Assembly: GCA_003693705.1 (NCBI GenBank)
Contig: RBZT01000794.1
Coordinates: forward strand, 1 to 64,000
Length of the DNA: 64,000 nucleotides
DNA from: Polymyxa betae A26-41
Taxonomy: Eukaryota; Protista; Endomyxa: Phytomyxea
Reading direction: 5' to 3'
The notes under the pieces were generated by a model, which was not told where the DNA came from, did no database searches, and saw nothing but the letters and a program-made list of their open reading frames with translations. Below are positions 1 to 11,696 of this stretch, one piece after another. How positions within the stretch are numbered: position 1 is the first letter of the stretch; every line of letters starts with the position of its first letter. Made by a program: the position numbers and the translations under genes.

Positions 1-644
1 CTATGGTTTTGGCATGCATTCTTCGGAATGCCGGGTAGTATGAACGATATCAATGTTCTACAACGATCACCTCTGCTGCATTCAATCATAACAGGGACAA
101 TGCCTTCAATCAGCTACGAGATCAACGAAAATCGCTACGAGAAGCCGTACTGGCTTGCAGATGGTATCTATCCCAACTGGCCCGTCTTCATGAAATCTAT
201 CCCTGATCCCCAAGGCGCTGCAAGACAGTATTTTGCGAGGGAGTAAGAAGGCTGCCGAAAAGATGTGGAGCGAACATTCGGTGTTTTTAAAAACGCTTTG
301 CTATTGTCAGAAACCCAGCACGAATGTGGGACCAGGAAAGAATCGCCTCCGTCATGCGAACCTGCATCATTCTTCACAATATGATTGTGGAAGACCAGAG
401 AAAGGCACCGGTAGAGGGTGACGATGGTTATGAGACAGGCAAGCCTCGTGAAGATCGCCGTCGTCGCAATCGCCAACGGATCTCTCTACCTATTGAGGTT
501 AGGGAGACAAGCTTCGAAGATCTGCCTGCCGCATCCTTGTCAGCAAGAGTAGGTCGTATACGAGAAACTCGCGATTCTGCTACGTATTTCCAGTTACAGT
601 CTGACCTGATCGAGCACCTGTGGAAATCAGCCGGAAATTTATGA
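1..644 (+). pseudogene. PIF/Harbinger transposase (DDE nuclease, Plant_tran/HARBI1-like), 5'-truncated by the window, inactivated
   Basis: Reads WHAFFGMPGSMNDINVLQRSPL...YWLADGIYP...RE*EGCRKDVERTFG then, after a frameshift near 285-292, KRFAIVRNP...CIILHNMIVED...LQSDLIEHLW. In-frame TAA at 244-246. Confidence 0.9.
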
Positions 645-1355
645 ATTAATACCCGTTTCCTCGGCTTGCTTTTTCAGCTTAGCCAGCTCTATCTTTCGTT
701 TGAGCTCGTGGAACTCTCGCGCAGTGTCGTCCAGGGCAGAAAGGTTCACTGAAAGCAATGCCAATCGGTTCTGCTCTTCGATCAGGTCATTACGACGTCG
801 GGACTCAAGTACGTAAGCCCGTTGAACTTCTACACAGTCATCATCATCGTCGCCATCCTTCTTGTAAGCCATCTGTTTCGCCTTTTTTGTTCCAATAGGT
901 CTCGTTTGGGACCGACCTTCCGGAGCCTCCTCACAGGTCGCATTCGCTTAGAATGCATCGCCTTTGGAGTCAAGCCCTGCTCAAACTTCGGAACGTGCTG
1001 TCGAAGATATTCCCATATAGAGCAAAATTTGAAACCAGTTTTTTCAACTTCCTGAAAAATTCGGAATGCTTCATCTATATAATAATCTTCTTGCTCTCCC
1101 GACTTCGGCTGAGCCTTGGCCGTTGCAAGATTCCCGCAAATTTGGAGCATGATGCCTGAATCTCCTTCCATAGGTTACACAGAGCGTCTGGGGTTCAATT
1201 GCTTCCAGGGGCGAACAGCAAAAACTGCTGGAGAACTCGATTATAGAATTTGGCGCTTTTTTATCAGCGCCTACGATTGGGTCATGGCTAACCTGCACGA
1301 CAGAGCGAGCGAAGAACATGTCCTCATCCGAGGTCCAGCCTTTGCCGCGGCCCAT
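639..1355 (-). pseudogene. Harbinger ORF1-type Myb/SANT-like (NAM-associated) DNA-binding partner, frameshifted
   Basis: MGRGKGWTSDED...SHDPIVGAD(Q)K, then KSGEQED...FKFCSIWEYLRQHVPKF and a C-terminal coiled coil, spread over three frames. Convergent with the transposase, with the ends overlapping at 639-644. Confidence 0.8.
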
Positions 1356-1696
1356 TGGTTCAGTTCGTGACGAAATGACCCAAAACGAGCACCCTCCTAC
1401 TTCCGAATTTCCGACCGCAAAAAAAAAAACAACAGAAATACAGTCGAGAAGAATTGAACTCCCGTCGTGACGCTCACGCAACTCCGTAGACCTTCGAATA
1501 GCCAGCGGTCTATTTCCTGCAAAAATAGACCGGTCTATTTAATAGATAGACTATAGACCCGCGGTGGGGCATTCCGTGACGGGTCTATATTCAATAGACC
1601 TCGGAATAGACCCGCGGTGGAGATGCTCTTAGGGTTGAAATCAAAGTGACCCGCATATTTTTTAAAATACTCGTTGAACTAAAATAAAATACATAG

Positions 1697-2260
1697 ATAA
1701 AATTTGAAGATCGCTGGGAAAATTGGGATCAGAAACGTCCTTCGATGTCGATTGATGGCACCGATTTTTACATTCCAGAACAGCGACCTATTGCCCGGGG
1801 GGATTACTCACACAAATTTAAGCATGCAGGGCTCCGCTATGAGATAGGTGTGGCACTGGGCTGCTCGAAAATCGTACATATTGCCGGCGGTGTGCCAGCT
1901 GGAGAATGGCCAGATTTGCGTCTGGCGCGCCATTGCCTTGTGCCCAAACTAACGCCTGGCGAGCAGGTTGCTGCTGATTTCGGATACAGAGACGGTGATA
2001 ATTACTTTCTCACCTTTTTTCAAAATCCTAAGACAGAATACGAAAGATCTTTCAATAGGCAGCTGAAGCGGGTCATCATGTCCCGTCACGAAACTGTAAA
2101 TAAGCGCTTCGAGCACTTTGAGGCCTTAGCGACAAGAAAATTCCGCCACTCAAGAGAACATCATGCGGTGTTTTTTGAGGCTGTAGCAAATCTAGTTCAG
2201 CTGAGTCTCCAAAATGAGCCGCTCTGGGATGTAAAAAACCGATTGATGCAATATCAATGA
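1697..2260 (+). mobile_element. DDE_Tnp_4 (Harbinger/ISL2EU-like) transposase C-terminal exon; N-terminus missing
   Basis: SIDGTDF...YSHKFKHAGLRYEIGV...ADFGYRD...RHETVNKRF. Preceded by an acceptor-like ...acatag at 1696. Confidence 0.8.
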
Positions 2261-2487
2261 TTTATTAGGTTACTAATACTCAACCCGCATCATATCGAGA
2301 TTGATACAGTGTGTATTTCCTTTTTATATTCAGACGGCAGTGAAGGGATTGCAAGTTACAATGCACAATACTGCGATTTTCAAATCTGGAATAAATGCGC
2401 GAATTCGAGATTTCCTGCATCTTCCCGATAATTTGATTCGAAATCAGGCAAGCCGGCTACGCAGAATCACTGAATCAGGGATATAGA

Positions 2488-2514
2488 ATAGACCGCGCCG
2501 CGTTGGAGATGCTC
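2488..2514. repeat. Second Harbinger-type terminus in the same orientation as 1618-1628
   Basis: AATAGACCGCGCCGCGTTGGAGATGCTC versus AATAGACCCGCGGTGGAGATGCTC at 1605-1628. Confidence 0.7.
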
Positions 2515-4310
2515 ACGTGATAAGGTTAAAATTGAAATCATTTTCAATTTGAGCATCGATTTGCAGACCATTGACTCAGCATTCTTCATAAAAATCGATT
2601 AAGTGATCCTCCGATGGATAGAAATGATTCTTGGGTCTATGATACTACTAAAAAATCGCCGTTTGGTGACAGTGTTTGGCTACGAAACCGTGGAAACGCA
2701 ATCGAACAAGATAGAAAGTTTTGCTTTGTCCTGCGAAATTTTCACGAAAACGTCGGGGGTTCCCAGCCATTTAGTGTCATTAGCCCCTCCGCGGCAAGGC
2801 TCCTTGAAGAGATACGTCCAGGCGTACCAGCAAACAGCGAAGCAGGAAACCAGGATCTCCAATTCCATTGACAATGTTGTCGTAGTGAATTTTCCAAATA
2901 AACGTCGAAGGAAATTGCGAAACGGAGCGAGAAACATTTCCAAGCTCCGTTTTAAAAACAACCGTTGAAGAGCGCGTTTAGCAACATGCGATACGGTCGT
3001 CATTGAACGTTTTACGTCCGTTTTCTCTGAAGTTGAGTTTTTGTGGGTTTGAAACGCCCGATCCGTTTTCCGGCTCAGATGTCAGAGTTGTAGTTCGAGA
3101 ACTTAATCATCAACGATTTCAGGAGTGAAGAAGAACACACGAAGCAGTGCAGATAGCACGTGGGATGATCTTTGCACATCTCCTGGTATGATAGTATCCC
3201 TGGTCCAGTAGTAGGAGACATAAGAGACGTCTTCACGACTCTGTTATACTTCTCGTGGACAGAAGGACCTCATCATCTGGTGGTGAGTACACTGAGACGA
3301 CATTCGATAGATTTCGAGGCGAGCGAAAGATATTTGGAAATTTCAACATAACCCAAAGATGGAGTTGAGATTCAAGGACGATTCTTTCCATCACGTCTTA
3401 AGAATGTTCAGTTATTGAGTGTCGAATTCAATCAATCTTATAAGAACTCGTTTCAATGGTCACTGTTTATCATCGCTCTGGATTGTGTAGCATTCCTGTT
3501 CTATGGATTCGCTCTCTGCTTGATCTGTATTCGGCTTTGTACACAACGATGTCGGTTCTGGCTTTAGCAATCTTACAGGCGCATTTACAGCGAGTTCGAT
3601 TCCAAGCTTGCTTCCAATGTGATCTGCATCGGATCTTCTCAGACCGAGGCATCCAAATCGTTCCATCAGGGAGAAGCATCGTTCATCCAATGCTGATCGC
3701 ATATCCGCCCAATGGCGCTCAGATGACAGAGACCTTGAACTCGTCCTACGAGTTGCCTGAACTAACCTGACTCTTTCATCAATACCTTTGTAATACCGTT
3801 ATTGAAACTCGTGAGCACGATTGGTAGTTAATAGTTAGCATGACGACCACAGAGCTGAATCGGGAGCTGTGCTTTTCATAATCGCAATCCGGAAGGTGCT
3901 GCAATTGTTGTTATTCTTGTGAGTATATTTTACATGATAATTGCCGGATTGATTCACCAAGATATTGGACGGTCGAAGAAGGTTGAATCTGAACGCGATG
4001 TGCAGTTCACTGAGGCTTAAACAGGGCAAACACAATGTTGGCGATGCAAGGCTATTTGAAGACCAGTGGCTCGAGCCAATCGAATTCAACGAATTCGTGA
4101 AGTATCTTACCATGATTTTCCATACATCGTAAACGACCCCATTATCACCAATAACGCCAACCATTGGCATCCAATCATAAGCTCAGGCGCCGCCCAAACC
4201 ACACAAACTACACTTATAGAATCGCATCTCTGTTCGCTTGAGAATGATGAACCGCATCTTGTACAGCAAAATCTACCGATGCACTTTGACAGCTGCTTAA
4301 AGAACCTGTA

Positions 4311-5917
4311 TTACATATCCTCAACCGAATAATAATAGGCTTCAACCTTGGAAGCCTCGCGTTTGGCTTCAATCTTGAACCGTTCGGCTTCCCATTTGTT
4401 GGTTCTGAAGACGCCATCCCAGCGATATCCAGGTCGGATCCCATAACGATTCGGCCATAATGGGCCCTCATACACAGGCCGATGCGTCCACACTGTCAGC
4501 TCCTCTTCTTGCTTTAACGTCTTCTCTACGAGCTCCTCGTCAATATCCAAACCGAGCTTCTGAAGTTTCTTCTGAAGTTTCTTCTTCTTCTTCTCCATCT
4601 TTTTGGACTGCTTGCGTTCGTGTTCTTCGCGTTCTTTGGCAGCTTCTTCGCGATTCTGCTTGTCTAAGAGGAATTGCATCGGGTCGCCGAACCGCGATTG
4701 GCGTCTTAAATCCTCGTTCATGGCTGTATCATTGGCGGTTCGTGCGAACGATGTCGCAGCGACCTCCTCAAATTTCTGCTGCCGTGCCGCCTTCTCTTGT
4801 TCCTGAACGATTCCAGACGACCAGAACATGGCCTTCTTGGCTTCCTTTTCCTATACGATAGTCAATACAACAAACATTTGTAAAACTTTTCAAAACTTTT
4901 TCCAATCGTTGCTGTTCGGCAACCGCCTTTTCGACATCCACAGCACGACCATGAGCATCACGAACAACCGTCTGCGAGACGATCGCCTTTCTCGGCGGTG
5001 ATAAGTCAGCATTAGCCGGCGGGCGCCTGGGAGGAGACCGATCTGCAGACCTGCTGGGAGAGTCGTGACGCCGCCTTCTCGGTGGGCTCAAATCGGGAGA
5101 CGCAGATCGACCTCTTCTTGGAGGCGACAAATCCGGCCCAGCAGATGATGGAGAACCCTGACGCCTTCTAGGTGGTGACAGGTCGGGAGAGTCGTGACGC
5201 ATTCTGGGCGGCGATAGATCTGGAGAGTCGTGGCGCCTTCTGGGAGGCAATGGATCAGGAGAGTCGTGACGTCTTCTAGGCGGGGAGATGTCGGGAGAAT
5301 CGTGACGCCTTCCAGGAGGCGAAATGTCGGGAGAGTCATGGCGTTGTCGTCGAGGCGAGGAGTCGCGTCGCGATCTTCGCGGCGACAAGTCGGGCGAGTC
5401 GGGCGACTGAGGTCGTCTCTCTGGAGACAGGTCGACCTCTACTCGAGGTCGTTGTGGAGACAAATCAGCAGATTCGATCTGAAGAGAAGGAGCAGGCTGC
5501 GCCACAGGCTCAGGAGCATCGAGATCTGCTCTCTTATTCAGCCCATACTTTAAGACTGTTGCTGATTGGGCTTTCAAAGGGACTGCAATCTGGGTCCAGC
5601 CGCTTCCGTCTTGTTTTCGCATCTGAACTCGTTTCTCTTCGACTTCTTTGCAACGCGCCTCTTCGGCCTGCTTCAATTCCAGTTGTTCAGCGATCTCCTC
5701 TTCCCCTAGCAGAGAATTAGCATGGCGGCGTCGATATGGTGAAGACAATACGTCGAATGCGTCGCAAACGCTGCAGATCGGCTTCGATGTCTTCATTGTC
5801 CTCGACGATCTTGATCGCACCCTTTTTCCTTTTCTTCGATTTGCTGGCCGTCTTGGCTTTAGTGTCGTCTGGCCCGGCGCTCAGATAGCGCTTCAGATAC
5901 TCAGCTTTAGATGCCAT
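4311..5917 (-). CDS. BUD13: Pre-mRNA splicing factor BUD13/CWC26 (RES complex), 3 exons
   Basis: MASKAEYLKRYLS start, tandem RRHDSPDLSPP repeats, RFGDPM, and NRYGIRPGYRWDGV...YSVEDM C-terminus. Introns about 5706-5751 and about 4852-4897. Confidence 0.95.
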
Positions 5918-6482
5918 CCGACAGATGGCTTTTAGAAGCTGCGCAACAAGCGCATAATTTTCATCACAAATCTGAAAAGTTTTCTGTTTTGCTGAATTGA
6001 TCGGAGAACGCCAGAATGTGGTCTGAGCGAATCTTTTGTCTGATGAGAGCCCATAAGTGCAAGAATGAAAATCCTACATCTCCGTACAAGTATTTTGCTG
6101 GGTCTGCGAAAAACAAGCTTAACAAAATTTGATTGAGAGCCAAAGCAATCTTGCCCAATATATACAAGAAACTTAATCGACACGATTCATAGATTAAGAC
6201 ATTAAGTTCCTTTCTGGGCTGAATTTTCTGTGATTTCTCGGATTTTTTTTTTTAAATTGATCGAATAAGTACAACAAGAGCACGACCAAAATTCCTATAT
6301 TAATCTCAAATTCGGCTCATTTAGGGGGCATGACTAATTCGTACATGCAAAGCTCCATTCGGGATAGTCTGAAATAATGTCAACAATACATTTTCAATGG
6401 ATTTCATTGGTTGAGGATGATCATGGTTATTTTGAGATAAAGAGCAATTGACGCAGTTTCCTGCATCCAGGAAGCTTTCGTC

Positions 6483-8142
6483 ATGGCGGGCTCGACTAAG
6501 CTGATACGTAACTTGAATCAGCTTGGATGCGGATCGCCGATTTCAGTTCGTGGCTGGATCCGGTCCATACGTCGCCATAAAGATACCAGCTTCCTTGTTG
6601 TTAACGACGGGTAGAGATGCGATTCTATTAATATGCTGTTAATTCGTCTCGAACAGAACCAATAAGGATGGAGTACAAATTGTTTATAAGAAAGGCGGCG
6701 ATGTTGCCGATAAACTCACTAATGGTGCCGCCATCGATATCTCTGGAATGCTGATGAAATGTCCCTCTGCTCGGCATAATTCTGATCGCGAAATCATCGC
6801 TGAATCGATTCGCATTGTTGGCCCATGCGATGCATCTGTATATCCTGTCCAAAAGAAATACCATACAAATGTATGAACCTACCTGAACTTCTTCTTCTCG
6901 GTTGTGATCATGAAGGCAGGAATTCCTTCGCCGGAACCAGCACCTTCGTGGGCGAACCGCCGAATTCAGCTCGACAATGAGAATTCGTAGCAGCGCTGCG
7001 CAAGCTATCCACAGTTTCTTCACCAATCGCCAGTTTCAATGGATTCATGCCCCCATCATAACAGCTAGCGATTGCGAAGGCGCAGGCGAGGTGTTTGAAG
7101 TTAAGCCAGCCTCAGAGCCAAAATCGCCTACAAGCGATGAAGCCGAATTCTTTGGGACTCGCGCTTACTTAACGGTTTCAGCTCAGCTGCATGCAGAGAT
7201 ATTCGCATGCTCCATTGGGTGACCTCGATTCGCTGTTTTGCACCGGCATGACGCTAATGACGGTTAGGCCGGTTTACACATTCGGCCCGACATTCCGTTC
7301 AGAAAATTCGAATACCAGCCGGCATCTTGCAGAGTTCTGGATGGTGGAACCAGAGATTCCATACGCCGACCTTGATGTCCTTTGCAACACAGCAGAGGAT
7401 CTCGTTAAACATTGTGTGACCAATGCACTGACTAATGATGAATCCGATCTGGATCAGCTACTCGGTGACAAAGACGAAGCTCGAGCCTCGTTGATAACTT
7501 GCTCTGAAAAAGACTTCGCTAGAATCACTTATTCTGAAGCCATCCAGGTCTGAAGATCTCGACGCTTTTGTCATTTCTCTGATCAGCAAATTACAGATTC
7601 TCCAAAACTGCTCTATTAAGTTTCAGCATGAGCCAGTATGGGGCAGAGGCCTTCAAACCGAGCATGAACTGTATCTAGCATCCCATCATTTCAAACGGTT
7701 CGTAACTCTCCCGAATGTCATTGATGGTTCATGTTCTCTTGCAGTCCAGTGTTTGTGACCGACTATCCTGGTGCTATAAAGCCATTTTACATGAAGAGAT
7801 CAGCAAAATCGGATCAGATCGTCGCTTGTCTCGATTTGCTCCTACCCCGAATCGCTGAAGTCGTTGGCGGAAGCGAACGAATCGATGACGTCAACGAGCT
7901 TCTAACGTCGATGAAAACCCGCAATATCGACGAGTCCAAAATGGATTGGTATATTGATCTAAGAAGGTGGAAACTTTTTATTCCAAACGACGACTCTTAT
8001 TTATGATTTGCTTAGGTTTGGATCGATTCCTCATGGTGGCTTTGGCCTTGGATTCGACCGCCTAATCCAGTTCATCGGGGGCATCTCGAACATCCGCGAC
8101 GTCGTGCCCGTTCCTCGTGTGCCAGGATCATGCCTTTATTAA
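6483..8142 (+). CDS. NARS2: Asparaginyl-tRNA synthetase, bacterial/mitochondrial type, multi-exon
   Basis: VRGWIRSIR...[72 protein letters not shown]. Confidence 0.93.
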
Positions 8143-8191
8143 CGCCAGTCATATATCTAAACTATTGTTGAATGACCCCACGACATATAAC

Positions 8192-8350
8192 GATAATGGG
8201 AGTCTCTCAAGAAGATACAAAAAAGGCTATCATAGAAGAAGGAGTGGCCTTTTATGTCGTTAATGGACTTGATAATGGAAGTCTGTCGAAAAGCGACAAA
8301 AGAAGGCTATCATAGATGAAGGCGTGGCCTTTATGTCGTTAATGGGACTT
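8192..8350. repeat. Diverged 79-bp tandem duplication in an intergenic region
   Basis: Units start at GATAATGG (8192 and 8271) and share AAGGCTATCATAGA..GAAGG.GTGGCCTTT(T)ATGTCGTTAATGG(G)ACTT. Confidence 0.85.
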
Positions 8351-8459
8351 GACATGATGAGCCCATGTGAAACGATACACGCACATTGACACTATCCATT
8401 CACTGTTGTTGATAACATCAGTGAGAGGCGTTCATTCCAACTTTGTAGTTCGTCGCTTG

Positions 8460-11447
8460 ATGATCGACATCGACTACTCGCCTTCGAAGCGGCGGAAGAT
8501 GTCGGATGTGGATTTCTCCCTGAATACGACAATACAGGAGCCGAGGTTACTGACCACTCGGTCCGGTTATGTCGTCAGCTACGATGAGCTGTGTCGGGTG
8601 ATTATGCAGGCGCTGAGTGATATCGGCTTGAGCCAAACTTGGCGGACGATGGAGAAGGAGTCACACTTGCAATTGTTAGGACAAACTACTGTCTTGCTAT
8701 CAGCGATTATAGATTCTGGGGACTGGGAGAAGCTTTTATCCGAAACACTCCCGTCGCTTTCTTGGCCGGAATTACAAAACCTTGAGAAAGCTAACAAAGC
8801 GGCATATTGCTTGCAAACTTTGGAGCTATGCATAAGCGGCGATAGCGAGAAGGTAAATATCGAAACGAACAATAAAGCCCACTTTAATGGGGTTTCGCAG
8901 GTGCTAGGTTGCATAAAACGGTCACCGGAGGCTCTGCATGGGCGCCTAGCGAGTCTGCTTCTTTACAGGAAAAAGCCTGCAATCACAGATCGATTCATTA
9001 AACTATTTGGAGAGAATTTTTCGTCACGTGCTTCTTTGAAGGCATATATTCTGGTATCTATCCCCTTCTTGTAGGCAGAGTTATCTTAAATCAGCTTAGA
9101 GTCTAACAGACGCCAAGGATTGTTTGGATGATGATCGACTTTTATCTATCATCGATAGTGCTTGTTCTAATCTGCATGAGTCTGACATTGTGCTACCCAA
9201 AACCTTTTGGGCAGCTTCGAGCGATTACCGAAACGAGAATGGCGACTTTACAGATATCCAGAGAAATATCGTTTCGCCAAAAAATCGCAGTATTTGTTTT
9301 GCAGAGCTAATTCGGCTTATTTATTTCGTTTTCTTGGGCTTTGGCTATTCCCAGTCTGCGAAGACTCTCTTAAGAGAATCTAATGTTCAATTTGACTATG
9401 AAATCGGCGATGAACTTAAACAAGATATTCTGACGGGTCGTTGGGATGCTGTGCATTCAGCGTTTAATCGGCAACATTGGCAGTACGCAGATCTCAGCAA
9501 AGCTCGTGTGGCTGTGCTGAAGCAGCATTTTCTTGAACTTTGTGAATCAGGTAACTTCACTCAAGTAGGTTCAGTTATAAGCTTTTTGGTGCCGTACCAA
9601 ATGCTCATTTTCAGGCGATCGAAGTTCTGCGTCGGGATGATGCTAAATCTTTGGCCCCTCTATCAAGGTTCATTTTGTTTACCGATCCCCATAAATTACG
9701 TGAAGCTGCTCTCTTCGATGGTTCCAATGGCAATTCTCGGCTTCAACTCTGGGAGTATGTGCAGGTCAAAGATGATGGTGTATTTTTTTCTCAACTCTGA
9801 ATTGCAAAAGTCGCTACTTCAACGAGAGCATGGCTCGTATCCAGTCCAGTTAGTCGATCTTCTTGATGCTGCAATCGATTTCGATGTCAAAAACTGCAAA
9901 CTTCATAATCGCCCAAAGGAACTTCCTCACTCTTTACTGAGGCGTCATGAATGCACGGACGTCGATTTTCCAAATAATTGCATACAGGTAATACTGAATT
10001 GTCATATCCACTGTTCATATTAAAGTTTTGAAGGTTCTATCAGGGCATACTGACGAGGTAATCGCTGTCAATGGGAAACGTATGAGAAGAATGACGATCG
10101 TTGCGAGCTAGGTATGGTTTGTGGCTTTTTCACATGATGGAAGTCGACTTGCATCCGCATCCAAAGATGCAACTGTGAGAATCTGGGAAATGAAACATGT
10201 AAGCGTTGGTTGGTTTAGCATAGTTGTTTCTAATCACATTAGGATGCGGATTCTCGATGGTATCAGTTGCACACATTCCACCTGAATGCCAAGGCCAGTC
10301 ACTTGTGTTGGTCAGCTGACGATTCTTGTTTGGTCACTTGCGCTTATAAGAAACGGGTATAGATGCCTATGATTGTTTGTTTCTGGTTTACAATTATATC
10401 GTCATCCAGGTGTTCATTTGGGATGTCAACACTGGATTCAAATTATGCACACTGCGAGGGCATAGAGACCATGTACGAATTGAATGAAGCGCTTCTAAAA
10501 GTTGATGTTTGATACAGGTTTTGTCTTGTGCGTGGATCGACGATTCAAACCCGAAGATCGCCACGGGCTCTGTCGACCATCAGGTCGCGCTTTGTCACAT
10601 TTCTGGATTCCTGGATGATAGTGCCATGCCTAATATTGAAACAGATAATAATTTGGAGTTTAAATGGAGACCGTCTTTACAATTGGCGAACCCCAAAAGC
10701 AGTCCAGAATATGTGTGTGTCAAACGATCAGTATGTAATTCTTCTTTATCGGATGCACTGGAATTAGAACTAATCGTAAGAACAGACGGTATCTCTTTGC
10801 CAGCGCAAGTGACTACACAGGTTGCTTTTTATCCTGGTTCTGAGCCACGTTCTTATAATCTTTGGTGTCAGTGCAAGTTTACGATTTGAGAAGCATGGAA
10901 CTAGTCAGCGACTTCCGTGAAGATTCTCAAACATTATGGTCGTTCGCTATATCATCTAGGGAGCCATTATTACTGGTTTCAGTATGGAAACCTGCATCGA
11001 TCCATATGTGGAGGATTGATGACCTTCGTTCTCCAACTATTGTCAGGGAATTCATTGGCGCTGTCCAGGATAAGTACGAGTTCGTTAGATTCTTAATATC
11101 CAACTGAAAGCATCAAGGTTTATGATCCGGTGTGATTTTGGAGGCGTTGATGATCACTTTGTGATTTCGGGCAGTGAAGATTGCAACGTCATTGTCTGGA
11201 ATCGACATACAGGCGAACAGTTATGCAGCTTATCTGGACATCATGTAAGGCATTCGATGTTACGACAGAATTTCCTTTGACGCCCAGATAGGGGAGCGTC
11301 AATTCTGTTAGCTGGAATCCGACGAATCCGCATTTATTCGCATCTGCCAGCGATGATCACTACATTCGGCTATGGGGATCGCAGAGCATGATCAGGCAAA
11401 GGCGAACGGCGAAAGCCGACGATCCGCAAATACCAATGTCATCATAG
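8460..11447 (+). CDS. WDR26: WDR26/Gid7-like CTLH-complex subunit with two LisH-CTLH modules and WD40 repeats, many introns
   Basis: ELCRVIMQALSDIGLSQTWRTMEKES..GDWE and ELIRLI..FGYSQSAKTLLRES..ILTGRWD..KQHFLEL. Then CKLHN..SLLRRHEC..FP and GHTDEVWFVAFSHDGSRLASASKD...SGSED...FASASDDHYIRLW. Confidence 0.85.
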
Positions 11448-11696
11448 AATAAAGCCAATAGCGGTTGTGCGAAGTGCCATGCACATTGCTACGACGTCCA
11501 ACTTCGAAGTGCTTTCGTCGACATAGTCGTGGCTAGGGTTTCTTCAGGCTGGGAGTGATTGCGGAAACTCCGTCACGGAACTTGCGCAGTCCGGCGCCCT
11601 CGAGCTCGAATTAATCTCGACCTGCCCTCACCAGATCGGATTCCATCCCCTTGTTAGTAATCGCCCGGGGGCCTGGTCCTGAAATCCCTACCTATA

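Larger units (their letters stand above)
1..1628. mobile_element. PIF/Harbinger element, right part with terminal inverted repeat
   Basis: Two convergent Harbinger ORFs. Terminus TGGAGATGCTC at 1618-1628 (reverse complement GAGCATCTCCA, Tourist/PIF-type TIR) followed by TTA (typical target). Subterminal AATAGACC/GGTCTATT repeats at 1490-1612. Confidence 0.85.

Noticed and set aside
2520-4300. Short ORFs on both strands between the Harbinger relics and BUD13
   Set aside because: No consistent frame, splice model or motif; left unannotated.
5050-5400. Regular ~33-bp repeats resembling a CRISPR array or minisatellite
   Set aside because: They encode the RRHDSPDLSPP repeats typical of BUD13; no unique spacers, no cas genes, eukaryotic context.
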